A DNA stretch of 64,000 bases from an uncultured Planctomycetaceae bacterium. Its GTDB lineage: Bacteria; Planctomycetota; Phycisphaerae; SM23-33. Position numbers and translations under genes: made by a program. Below, piece after piece: positions 18,399 to 27,357 of this stretch; positions within the stretch are counted from its first letter, which is position 1; each line of letters begins with the position of its first letter. The DNA lies in contig CAYRZU010000005.1 of assembly GCA_964428895.1 (NCBI GenBank), forward strand, positions 1,798-65,797. Direction: 5' to 3'. The notes under the pieces were generated by a model. That model worked only from the letters and a program-made list of their open reading frames with translations. It was not told where the DNA came from and ran no database searches.

Positions 18399-19307
18399 AT
18401 GAAAACGTATCTGGGACTCATTGCTTTGGCCTTGCTGGTGGTGGTGGCGTTGCTGATCTACATGGTCACTTACACCGTTGGGTCAACCGAACTGGCGCTG
18501 GTGGCCAGGTTCGGCAAGGTCACGACCGTTCATGATGGGCGCTTGCCGGGCCAGGCGGGCCTGAAGTTCAAGTGGCCCCTGATCGACGGCCTGACCCGCT
18601 ACGACGGGCGGATTCAGCAGTTCGAGGACATCGAAAGCCAATTGACCACCAAGGACCAGCAGCAGATCTTGGTGACGATGTTCTGTCACTGGCGCATTGC
18701 CGATCCGGTCCGCTTCTACGCGCAGATCGAATCGATCGACAAGGCCGAGGCCCGAATCCGCGAGGCGCTGGTATCCGTCAAGAGCAGCGTGTTGAGCCAA
18801 TACAACATGGATCAGCTAATCAATACCGATCCGGCCAGGATGAAGCTCGATGAGATCGAGCAAAAGGCGACCCGGGACCTCGCGGCGGTCGTGGCCGAGG
18901 CCTACGGTGTTGACGTGGTTGACGTGGGTATCAAATCGCTGGGATTGACTAAATCCATCACCAAGCAAGTGATCGAGGTCATGAAGAAGGAGCGGGAAGC
19001 GCAGATTAACGCCTTCCGGGCGGCAGGGACGTCTCGGGCCGACAAGATTCGCAGTCGCGCCCGTACCGCCAGTGAGGCGATTCTCGATTTTGCGCGTCTC
19101 AAGGCCGAGAACATTCGCACCCAGGGCTACCGAGAATCGGCGCGCCTGTATCAGGAATACGCCGAGCATCCGGAGTTTGCGATGTTCCTGAGGTCACTGG
19201 AATCGCTCCGGCAGGAGCTGACGCAGCAGACCGTCATCTTTCTGGACGGCTCGAAGGTGCCCGGCGTGAAATACTTCAAGGAAACGCCGGATCTGTCGGG
19301 CCAATAG
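18399..19307 (+). CDS. SPFH/band-7 protein, HflC-like
   Basis: 302 aa. N-terminal TM helix, 'STELALVARFGKV...GLKFKWPLIDGL...' and a C-terminal coiled coil. Canonical HflC size and architecture. Confidence 0.85.
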   Translation: MKTYLGLIALALLVVVALLIYMVTYTVGSTELALVARFGKVTTVHDGRLPGQAGLKFKWPLIDGLTRYDGRIQQFEDIESQLTTKDQQQILVTMFCHWRIADPVRFYAQIESIDKAEARIREALVSVKSSVLSQYNMDQLINTDPARMKLDEIEQKATRDLAAVVAEAYGVDVVDVGIKSLGLTKSITKQVIEVMKKEREAQINAFRAAGTSRADKIRSRARTASEAILDFARLKAENIRTQGYRESARLYQEYAEHPEFAMFLRSLESLRQELTQQTVIFLDGSKVPGVKYFKETPDLSGQ

Positions 19308-19348
19308 ACGCCCCAGCCGATTCGAATGAATCAAGTGGAGTTGAGAGC

Positions 19349-20659
19349 ATGGCAAGTGATGTTCATAACGATTGGGTGACGGTAAGGAGGCAGGATCGTC
19401 CGCCTCTGCATCGTCCGCCGGAGGATCCGGCCGCGGAAAGCCTCTCCTCGGCCCTTCGCGTCAGTTTCCGGCTGTTGAGGGCGATCATGCTCGTCATCGT
19501 GGTCGCGTTCTTCCTGACCGGCGTGCGAAGTGTCAAAGAAGGCCAAGCCGCCATTGTCTATCGATTTGGAGAGATCGTCGGCACGAAGAGCAAAGGCTTG
19601 TGCGTGTCCTGGCCCTTCCCGATCGGGCGGATCGAACTGGTGGACCTCAGTGAGCGGAAGCTGCGGGTGGACGACTTCTGGCTGGCCGAATACCCTGACG
19701 AGCTTGCCAAGCCGATGTCGGAGTGGCGGATCCGGTCGCAGGGCCTTCGCCCGGAATGGGACGGCGCCCTGTTCACGGGCGACGGCAATCTGGTCCACGT
19801 CCGGCTGACCTGCAACTATCAGATTCAGGCGGATCCCGCGCTGGGGATCGAGGACGACCCGCTGGTCTGGTACAAGACCAACGTGGATGATTCCGTTGTT
19901 GACGGCCGATCGCAAACCAACGAACTGCTGCGGTCGATCATCTGCCACGAGGCGATCCGCTTGGCCGGCGGGCAAACGGCCGAACGACTTCGGCTGGCCC
20001 AGGACGAGTTTCGCCGCGAACTCGCCGAGGCCGTCCAGGCCGAGCTCAAGGCCATGCGGACGGGCATCGCGGTCAATACCATTACCATGCGGTTCGAGTG
20101 GCCCTTACGGGTGCGTCAGGATTATGAGGCGGCGACCGCGGCCCGACAAGAAGCCGAGAAGAAGATCAACGAAGCGCTCGCCGATGCCGAAGAGATGCTG
20201 ATTCGCGCCGCCGGGCCCAACTACCGGGAATTGGTGGGGGAGGCCGACGACACCTACGGGGGCCTGATCGGTCAATATGCCCTGGCGGTTGAACAGGGCC
20301 GACGGGAGGACGCCGAACAGCTTCTCGTGAAAATCAACACTCTCTTGGACGGCTCGGACATCACCGGGCGAGTCGGGCCCATCATCGCCGAGGCTGAAGC
20401 TGAGAAGAACGCCATGATCGACATGCTGGCAGGCCGTGTGAATCGCTACCAGCAGTTGTTGCCGGAGTTCCTGCGTCAGCCCGATTTCATCGTTCAACGC
20501 CTTTGGGCTGAGACCCGGGACGAGATCCTCTCTCGGCCGTCCGTTGAGAAGTTCTACCTGCCGCCGGGGGAGGGGAAGGTGGTGGTGAAGATCGACCGTG
20601 ATCCGTCAGCCGCTCGCCGACTTCAGCAGGCCAGGAAACGAGGCGAGGAACACGAATAG
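19349..20659 (+). CDS. SPFH/band-7 protein, HflK-like
   Basis: 436 aa. Cytoplasmic N-tail, TM helix 'LLRAIMLVIVVAFFLTGV', 'VKEGQAAIVYRFGEIVG...GLCVSWPFPIGR', and a long helical C-terminal region. Confidence 0.8.
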   Translation: MASDVHNDWVTVRRQDRPPLHRPPEDPAAESLSSALRVSFRLLRAIMLVIVVAFFLTGVRSVKEGQAAIVYRFGEIVGTKSKGLCVSWPFPIGRIELVDLSERKLRVDDFWLAEYPDELAKPMSEWRIRSQGLRPEWDGALFTGDGNLVHVRLTCNYQIQADPALGIEDDPLVWYKTNVDDSVVDGRSQTNELLRSIICHEAIRLAGGQTAERLRLAQDEFRRELAEAVQAELKAMRTGIAVNTITMRFEWPLRVRQDYEAATAARQEAEKKINEALADAEEMLIRAAGPNYRELVGEADDTYGGLIGQYALAVEQGRREDAEQLLVKINTLLDGSDITGRVGPIIAEAEAEKNAMIDMLAGRVNRYQQLLPEFLRQPDFIVQRLWAETRDEILSRPSVEKFYLPPGEGKVVVKIDRDPSAARRLQQARKRGEEHE

Positions 20660-20675
20660 ACCACGGGTGTCGTGA

Positions 20676-21884
20676 ATGACTATGGTTGAGAACGTTGACA
20701 ACGTGATCGCCGCCGTTGGCCTGACGAAGGTGTTTCGGGACTTCTGGCTCCGCGAGAAGGTTACCGCCGTTTCTGATCTGGACATGCAGATCGCACGGGG
20801 CGAAATCTTCGGTCTCCTCGGCCCGAATGGCTCGGGCAAGACCACGACGCTGAATATGCTGTTGGGACTGCTCTTTCCGACACGTGGGCGGGTGGCGGTC
20901 TTCGGGAGGCCGCCGACCGACGTTCGCACCAAGGCGCGGGTGGGGTTCCTGCCTGAAGAAACCTACCTCTACCCGTTCCTGGATGCCCGGGAAACGCTGG
21001 ACTACTACGGCCGACTGTTCCACCAGCCGCGGCGGCAGCGCCAACGCCGCATCGACATGCTGTTGGAGATGGTGGGCTTGGCCGGCGTGGCCTATCGTCG
21101 CATCAACGAATACTCCAAGGGCATGCAGCGTCGGATCGGTCTGGCCCAGGCCCTGATCAACGATCCCGACCTGCTGATCCTCGACGAACCCACTAGCGGC
21201 ATGGACCCGATCGGCACGCGGGAGGTCAAGGACCTCATCAGCGTCCTGGCCGAGCGCGGCAAGACGGTTCTGCTATCGAGCCACCTGCTGGCTGATGTGG
21301 AAGACGTGTGCAGCCGCGTGTGCGTGCTCTATGGTGGGCGGCAGCGATCGGTGGGCTTGGTAGATGACCTGCTGGCCAAGCACGCTTACACCCAGTTTAC
21401 GACCGAGCGACTGGACGAGTCGACGCTGGCCAAGATCAAAGCGGTCCTGTCCGACGCCGCCTGCGAACTTGTCGACGTCACGGCGCCCCGAGAGAAGCTG
21501 GAGGACCTGTTCCTCCGTATTGTTGAAGAGGCCCAGGCCAAGCGCGTGGCCACGGGCGGGGCCCTGGCCGGCGGCGAGGTGGCCGCGTTCCTCAAGACGG
21601 GCGACGACGGCGAGCAAGGTCGCGCCGTTATCGAAGGCCTGGTTTCCGCCGGGGAATTGGAGGAAGAACCGGGCGAGTCCGTGCCGGCTCCGGTTGCGCC
21701 ACCCCCCGAGGCCGACCGAGGGGTCCTGGACGACCTGGTCTCGGCCGCCCGCGAAAAATCGCCCCCCCCCGAGTCGTCAGACAGCGAGGCGCTTGCCGCC
21801 CCCGCGCCCTCGCCGCCGCAGTCTGATGTGGACCGTGGGGTCATTGACGATCTGACCGGGTCGTCGGAGGATGATCGGTCATGA
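20676..21884 (+). CDS. ABC transporter ATP-binding protein with acidic/Pro-rich C-terminal tail
   Basis: Walker A 'GPNGSGKTT', signature 'YSKGMQRR', Walker B 'LLILDEPTSGMD', H-loop 'SSHLL'. About 120 extra C-terminal residues. 16 nt after the HflK-like gene. Confidence 0.95.
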   Translation: MTMVENVDNVIAAVGLTKVFRDFWLREKVTAVSDLDMQIARGEIFGLLGPNGSGKTTTLNMLLGLLFPTRGRVAVFGRPPTDVRTKARVGFLPEETYLYPFLDARETLDYYGRLFHQPRRQRQRRIDMLLEMVGLAGVAYRRINEYSKGMQRRIGLAQALINDPDLLILDEPTSGMDPIGTREVKDLISVLAERGKTVLLSSHLLADVEDVCSRVCVLYGGRQRSVGLVDDLLAKHAYTQFTTERLDESTLAKIKAVLSDAACELVDVTAPREKLEDLFLRIVEEAQAKRVATGGALAGGEVAAFLKTGDDGEQGRAVIEGLVSAGELEEEPGESVPAPVAPPPEADRGVLDDLVSAAREKSPPPESSDSEALAAPAPSPPQSDVDRGVIDDLTGSSEDDRS

Positions 21885-23557
21885 CGCCGTTGTCATCGGC
21901 CAGGATGGCGAATCTGTCCGGCGGGACGTTGTCCATCGCGCGGCACACGATCCAGCAGTGCCTACGAATGAAGGTGGTAGGCATGTTCCTGGTGGTGGTG
22001 GGGTTGGGCCTCGGCGTGATGCCGTTCGCCATGACCGGGGACTGCACGTTGGCGGGCCGATTGCGGAGCTTCCTGACGCATGGGTCAAGTCTGCTGGCGA
22101 TCGCCCTAAGTATCCTGACGATCTTCCTGTCGATCTGGGTTGTTACCGAAGATGTTCGAAGCCGTCAGGTCTTCTCGGTGGCGGTCAAGCCGGTCAGCCG
22201 ATGGCAGTACATCCTGGGCCGATGGCTGGGCATCTGCCTGCTGAATGTCGGCTTATTGCTGATCGGGGCCCTGATGATGCTGGGGCTGGCCCAATACTTG
22301 CGGACCGGGGCGATCCAAGAGCCCAAGAGCCAGATGGACCGCCAGGTGGTGGAGACGCAGGTCTTCACCGCCCGGCGCCGGATCTCTCCCGAGCCGGAAG
22401 ACATCGCCGGACGCGTTGATGCCCGCATTCAAGAGATGAAGGCGAATCAGACCTTCGCCGATGCCCTGGAGGGGTTCCGTATTCAGGTTGGCGGCGATAC
22501 CGAGCGGGCCCTGGAGATCCTGGCCCAGGACGTTGAGAAGGACATCACCAGCAAACTGTATTCGATTGCGCCGGGTCAGTCCAAGCGGTGGCAATTTCGA
22601 GAGCTGGACCTTCAAGGCGTCGGCGCGCGCGGAACGGGTACGGTCGTCTCGGTCGATGAGCAGACCAATCGCCTTTGGGTAGACGTGCCCGCCAGTGTGT
22701 TGGCGCGGTTGGTGTTCGCCGGGCCCGTGCTTCTTGGCAACGTAGAAGGCCGAGCGCGACGGCTCGATGGGGCCAAGGTCCAGATCCAGTTGGGCCTGGA
22801 AGACATGCGAAGCCCTCGGATGGCCTCCCTCTCTCCGGGCGATGAGATCGACGTGGCGGTCGATCCGATGATCCAGTTGACCTATATGGCAGACATGGCG
22901 CGGCAGTCGGGCGATCGGCGGTTCAGCGGCCACTGGCAGGTCCGGAGCCCCGCCGGCGGCGACCAATTCGTTGATGTTCGCAGTGATCTGAACCGGCAAC
23001 CCGTTACCCTAACCATTTCGGCGCGGGTCGTGGACGATCAGGGCCGGACGGATGTGACGTTCAAGAATCTCCCTCATCTGAGGACGGGCGAGGTCTCCAC
23101 GGTGACGATTCTGCCCGAGGACGTGGCGGTGTTGTTTCGGGCCGGCACGTTCGGGGGAAACTTCCTTCGCGGCATGCTCCTGCTGATGTTGCAGTTGATG
23201 TACCTGGCGGCCGTCGGCGTGTTCGCCGGGAGCTTCCTGATCTTCCCGGTGGCGTGTTTGTTTGCGTTCTCGCTCTTGCCGTTCAGCTTGGCCGGGAGCT
23301 TTCTCCGTGATGCGGTGGACCCTCAATTCCTGCCACAGGCGTTGGTGGGTAGCTATTGGATCGTCCAAGCCATGGGCATCTTGCTTCCGGACTTCGAGAG
23401 CACGGCCCCGGGGGAATGGTTCGTCAAGGGCATGATGATTCCATGGCGCTTTGTCGGCAAGGTGGCTTTGCTGACGCTGGTGATTCGCACCACTCTCTTG
23501 TTGCTGTTCGGGTGTGTGATCTTTTCTCGACGTGAACTGGCCCGGGTACAGGTGTGA
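21881..23557 (+). CDS. ABC-2 type permease with large extracytoplasmic loop
   Basis: 558 aa. ATGA overlap with the ATPase gene. 'LSIARHTIQQCLRMKVVGMFLVVV' and 'FSVAVKPVSRWQYILGRWLG' parallel the 14412-15809 permease. A loop of about 270 aa separates the N- and C-terminal TM bundles. Confidence 0.75.
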   Translation: MTPLSSARMANLSGGTLSIARHTIQQCLRMKVVGMFLVVVGLGLGVMPFAMTGDCTLAGRLRSFLTHGSSLLAIALSILTIFLSIWVVTEDVRSRQVFSVAVKPVSRWQYILGRWLGICLLNVGLLLIGALMMLGLAQYLRTGAIQEPKSQMDRQVVETQVFTARRRISPEPEDIAGRVDARIQEMKANQTFADALEGFRIQVGGDTERALEILAQDVEKDITSKLYSIAPGQSKRWQFRELDLQGVGARGTGTVVSVDEQTNRLWVDVPASVLARLVFAGPVLLGNVEGRARRLDGAKVQIQLGLEDMRSPRMASLSPGDEIDVAVDPMIQLTYMADMARQSGDRRFSGHWQVRSPAGGDQFVDVRSDLNRQPVTLTISARVVDDQGRTDVTFKNLPHLRTGEVSTVTILPEDVAVLFRAGTFGGNFLRGMLLLMLQLMYLAAVGVFAGSFLIFPVACLFAFSLLPFSLAGSFLRDAVDPQFLPQALVGSYWIVQAMGILLPDFESTAPGEWFVKGMMIPWRFVGKVALLTLVIRTTLLLLFGCVIFSRRELARVQV

Positions 23558-23576
23558 CCGGCGAGGCACAGTGGAT

Positions 23577-25502
23577 ATGACACGAATTCGCGTCAGGCAG
23601 ATCGGGTGGACGTTATTGGCCTTGGCCTGCGCGGTCGCGGCAGGGGCTTTCCGGGCGCCGATGTCCGAACAAGCTGGCGAGCATGAGCTCTACATTGAGT
23701 CGACCAATATGGCCGACGTGGCCTTGATGCAGATTCTGCCCGGGGGGTTGCGGGCCTTGGCCTTCAACTATGTGTGGCTGCAATCCCAGGAGAAGCACCA
23801 GGCCGGCCGACACTACGACGCGCGACAGTTGGCGGAATTGGCGTGTAAGCTCATGCCTAGCTTCCCGGGCGTCTGGTCCTTCCACTCCTGGAACATGGCG
23901 TGGAACATCTCCGTGACCACACACACGCGGGAAGAGCGGTGGCATTGGGTCGACCAGGGCCTGCGGCTGCTTCGGGATGAGGCCATTCCTCGGAATCGCA
24001 AGGCGATCCTGCTCTACAAGGAATTGGGGTGGATCTTCTTCTTCAAGATGGGCCGTTCGCTGGACGAGTACCACGAATACTACAAGCAGCAGTGGGCGTC
24101 TCAGATGCAGCACCTGTTGGGCTCGCCCGGTTTCGGCGACACCGCGGAGGTCATTGACGCGTTCCGGCCCATCGCTCTGGCGCCCCTGGACAAGACACTG
24201 TCGCGGCAGGGGCAGTGGACGGTTCAGCCGGATCAGCGAGATAGGCTCCTGGCTGATGCTGCAGTGAAGGCCTACGCCGACCAGCTCGACGCTTTCGGGA
24301 TTGGAATCAACCGAAGCTTTCTGGCCGCCTACAACCGCTTCAGCCAAGATGAACCGGTGGCGTCGGTGCGGACCGTGCCGGCGGATCTGGAGGCGTTTCG
24401 TGACCAGGAGCTATCGGCTCTAATCAACAGCGATGAGCACGCTGAGGCCCGGAGCAAGATCCTGGCGTTCCTTCGGGCGCAGATCCTCTGGAACGAATAC
24501 AAGATGGACCCGGCCCGGATGTTGCAGTTGATGGTCGACTACGAATGCCCCTTTGATTGGCGGATGGTCTTCCCTCACGGGCTGTATTGGGTCCGGCAGG
24601 GCTTCGACATCGCTCAGCCGGACGTGGCCGAGGATACCACCACGCTCAACACGCAACGAATCGCCATGTTCTGCATGCGGACGCTGATTCGCGAGGGGCG
24701 GCTGATCTATCAGGAGGACCCGCGTGACCCCGAGGCGCCTGCGCTGACGAATCTGTCAGACATGCGGTACGTCTGGCCCGCCCACGACGAGTACGTACGC
24801 GCCATCGACCAAATCGTGGCGGACACCGCCGACCTGGGGGACGACGCCCAATCCATCCGGGATAACGTCTATCGGGAAGGACACATCGCCTTCTTGAAGG
24901 ACGTCATTCCGATGCTTTACGCCGCCGACCGACGCGCCGAGGCGGCGGAGCTGTATCGGTATGTCAAAGACACCTACAACCCCATCGCGCCGGAATGGCA
25001 CACCGACGTGAACGCCTTCGTCATTCAGTGGCTCAATCAAGAAGGGAGGCTCTTGCCGGAAGTGGCTTCCAGCCAGGTCAATGCGGCCCTGACGGCGGCG
25101 TTGGTCTCTTTGGCCAGAGGCGACAATGCGCGCTTCCGCGAGAGCTACAACTACGCCTACAACAAGGTCTATCGCGTCTATCAAGAGCGCGCCAACGAGG
25201 ACAAGAGGTTCATTCCGTTCGAGATGTTCGTGGCGTTTCTGACCCGGGGCATTCTGGTTCGCCCCCCGGCCTTTGGCGTGGAACTGACGCTGGAAGAGCG
25301 GTCCACGCTCTATGAAGCCATTGTCGGCCATCTGCCCGCCAATATCGTGGTGGAGATGTACGAGACGATCGCCCCGCACCTGGCCCGGCAGTGCGCCGAA
25401 GCAGGAGTCGATGTCGATCGCTATTTCCCCCCGCCTCCGGGTCTCACGCAGTCCGGTAACGGTGCCAACGACGAGGCGGCTGGCGACCAACCGCGACGGT
25501 AG
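23577..25502 (+). CDS. hypothetical membrane-anchored all-helical protein (642 aa)
   Basis: Start chosen at 'MTRIRVRQIGWTLLALACAVAAGAF' (ATG 23577), 19 nt after the permease stop. One N-terminal TM/signal-anchor helix. The rest is W/Y-rich and helical, with no motif I recognise. Confidence 0.7.
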   Translation: MTRIRVRQIGWTLLALACAVAAGAFRAPMSEQAGEHELYIESTNMADVALMQILPGGLRALAFNYVWLQSQEKHQAGRHYDARQLAELACKLMPSFPGVWSFHSWNMAWNISVTTHTREERWHWVDQGLRLLRDEAIPRNRKAILLYKELGWIFFFKMGRSLDEYHEYYKQQWASQMQHLLGSPGFGDTAEVIDAFRPIALAPLDKTLSRQGQWTVQPDQRDRLLADAAVKAYADQLDAFGIGINRSFLAAYNRFSQDEPVASVRTVPADLEAFRDQELSALINSDEHAEARSKILAFLRAQILWNEYKMDPARMLQLMVDYECPFDWRMVFPHGLYWVRQGFDIAQPDVAEDTTTLNTQRIAMFCMRTLIREGRLIYQEDPRDPEAPALTNLSDMRYVWPAHDEYVRAIDQIVADTADLGDDAQSIRDNVYREGHIAFLKDVIPMLYAADRRAEAAELYRYVKDTYNPIAPEWHTDVNAFVIQWLNQEGRLLPEVASSQVNAALTAALVSLARGDNARFRESYNYAYNKVYRVYQERANEDKRFIPFEMFVAFLTRGILVRPPAFGVELTLEERSTLYEAIVGHLPANIVVEMYETIAPHLARQCAEAGVDVDRYFPPPPGLTQSGNGANDEAAGDQPRR

Positions 25503-25506
25503 AGGC

Positions 25507-26892
25507 TCAGGCGTCGGGTGGCGGGTTCGGTGTTTGCCGACGAGGGGGGGGATTCTTTTCGAGCGTGGCCCGGCGCCGCAAGATGTGGTGGTAGTGCTGG
25601 GCGAAGCGGTGGGCCTCATCGCGAACGGATTGCAGCAATCGCAGGGCGGGGTCTCGCCGGGGCAGGCGAATCGAATGCGCCTGGCCGTAAACAAAGAGCT
25701 CCTCGTTCTTCTTGGCCAGCGAGATGAGGGTCGGCGGGCGGAAGGCGAGTTCATCAAATGCACTGTAGGCGGCAGTGAGTTGGCCCTTGCCGCCGTCGAT
25801 CAGGATGATGTCGGGGAAGAGTTCGGCGTTCATGCCCGCGTACTTGTATCGCCGCCAGACTACCTCTCGAATGCAGGCGAAGTCGTCATTGCCGTCGACG
25901 GTCTTGATCTTGTATCGGCGGTAGCCGTTCTTGAAGGGCTTGCCGTCGATGAAGGGCACCACCGACCCGCAGCTCTCCCCGCCGGCCAGATGGGCGATAT
26001 CCACTCCCTCGACGGTTCGCGCCGGGGCGGGCAGATCCAGCACCTTCGTCAACCGTTCGATGCCCTCAGCCGGGTCCACGTAGAACACTTCCGGCTGGGC
26101 GTGCTGGCTGACCAGCCCGCGACGTTGGAGGCCTTCCAGGGCTTGGAGTTCATCCCGTAGAGCGGCGGCCCGTTCGAAATCCAACCGATCCGACGCTTGT
26201 TTCATTTCCGTGGTCAGGCGCTTTCGGACCACCGACGCCTTGGAGTTGAGGAACTGAATGAGGTCGCTGATTTGCTCGCCGTAGTCGGCCTTGCTGACCC
26301 GCGCCCCGCACGGGGCGGTGCATTGCCTGATGTTATGCAGGATGCAGGGGCGGAAGTGTCGCCGGTCTTGGTCCTCGTCGTAGAGATCGAGCTTGCAGGT
26401 ACGGAACTTGAACACCCGTTGCATCAGCGGCAACGCGGCGCGCAACTCGTTGACCGATACGAACGGGCCGAACAGCCGCACGCCTTGGCTTTCCGGTTGG
26501 CGCGTGATGCTGACGCGGGGGAAGTCCTCTCCCGTGGTGACCTGCAAGTAGGGGAAGGTCTTGTCGTCCCGCTGTCGTTCGTTGAACCGGGGTTGGATGT
26601 CCTTGATGAGGCGGCTCTCGTGCAGGAGGGCGTCGACCTCGCTTTCGCATTCGAGCACTTCCACGTCGGCCACCAGCGTTCGGATCATCCGGTCGATTTC
26701 CGGTCCGCGCGTGGCGAGCAGGTTGGCCCCTGGCTGAAAGTAGCTGGCTACGCGCGGGCGGAGTTCTTTGGCTTTGCCCACGTAGAGGACGACGCCCTTG
26801 GTGTCCTTGAACAGGTACACGCCCGGCGTGGTCGGCAGGAGTCCGATGCGCTCTCGCAAGTCGGCCAGGATGGCGGTGCGGCTGGTAGCCAT
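25507..26892 (-). CDS. uvrC: excinuclease ABC subunit C lacking the C-terminal (HhH)2 domain
   Basis: Start at 'MATSRTAILADL' (ATG 26892). GIY-YIG 'PGVYLFKDTKGVVLYVGKAKELRPRVASY', UVR domain 'FERAAALRDELQALE', endonuclease-domain blocks 'VEGVDIAHLAGG' and 'PDIILIDGGKGQL'. Ends 'RDEAHRFAQHYHHILRRR...' with no helix-hairpin-helix region. Confidence 0.9.
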   Translation of the reverse strand: MATSRTAILADLRERIGLLPTTPGVYLFKDTKGVVLYVGKAKELRPRVASYFQPGANLLATRGPEIDRMIRTLVADVEVLECESEVDALLHESRLIKDIQPRFNERQRDDKTFPYLQVTTGEDFPRVSITRQPESQGVRLFGPFVSVNELRAALPLMQRVFKFRTCKLDLYDEDQDRRHFRPCILHNIRQCTAPCGARVSKADYGEQISDLIQFLNSKASVVRKRLTTEMKQASDRLDFERAAALRDELQALEGLQRRGLVSQHAQPEVFYVDPAEGIERLTKVLDLPAPARTVEGVDIAHLAGGESCGSVVPFIDGKPFKNGYRRYKIKTVDGNDDFACIREVVWRRYKYAGMNAELFPDIILIDGGKGQLTAAYSAFDELAFRPPTLISLAKKNEELFVYGQAHSIRLPRRDPALRLLQSVRDEAHRFAQHYHHILRRRATLEKNPPPRRQTPNPPPDA

Positions 26893-26941
26893 GGGGACAT
26901 TATATCGGTATCGGGCCCGGCCGCATCGCTTGCGATGGCAG

Positions 26942-27265
26942 CTAGGAGGCGGCAGCTCCGTCGAAGTGGACCCCGATTCCCACCATGCCCTCGGCCAGAA
27001 GCGCCTCCCGGTCGACGCGGGCAATGGTCGCCACCAGTTCCTGCTCAGATAGGTCGCACAGGTGCTCACAGGCCACAAGGCCGAGTGTCAGCCGGACGGC
27101 CTGGCCGGCCTGAACCGGGGTGTTGGCTGGCACGTGGAGGTACATGCCGCTCCGCGACAAATCGCGACACCGGGCCGGGATGTCCCGATCCGTGGCGATG
27201 TGATTCAGTTGGACCCGCGTTGTGTCAGGGAATCGCGGCTGGGTTCTGCGTTCTGATTCGCCCAT
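26942..27265 (-). CDS. PilZ domain protein (probable c-di-GMP receptor)
   Basis: 107 aa from ATG 27265, which follows an AAGGAGG SD by 6 nt. 'ERRTQPRF' (RxxxR-type) and 'RDLSRSGMYL' (D.S..G) motifs. Confidence 0.7.
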   Translation of the reverse strand: MGESERRTQPRFPDTTRVQLNHIATDRDIPARCRDLSRSGMYLHVPANTPVQAGQAVRLTLGLVACEHLCDLSEQELVATIARVDREALLAEGMVGIGVHFDGAAAS

Positions 27266-27357
27266 GGTCGGCCTCCTTTCGTCGGTACGGCGAAAAGGCC
27301 TTGGCAATCAAACCCCCATTGCCTAGGCTTCGTACCTAGATACAAGGAGAGTTGTGC

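Noticed and set aside
24756-27339. Several long ORFs antisense to uvrC and the 3' end of the 642-aa gene (24756-25763 -, 25312-26160 +, 26197-27339 +)
   Set aside because: They overlap well-supported genes, cross gene boundaries, and give Arg/Gly/Pro-rich translations. They are artefacts of high GC.
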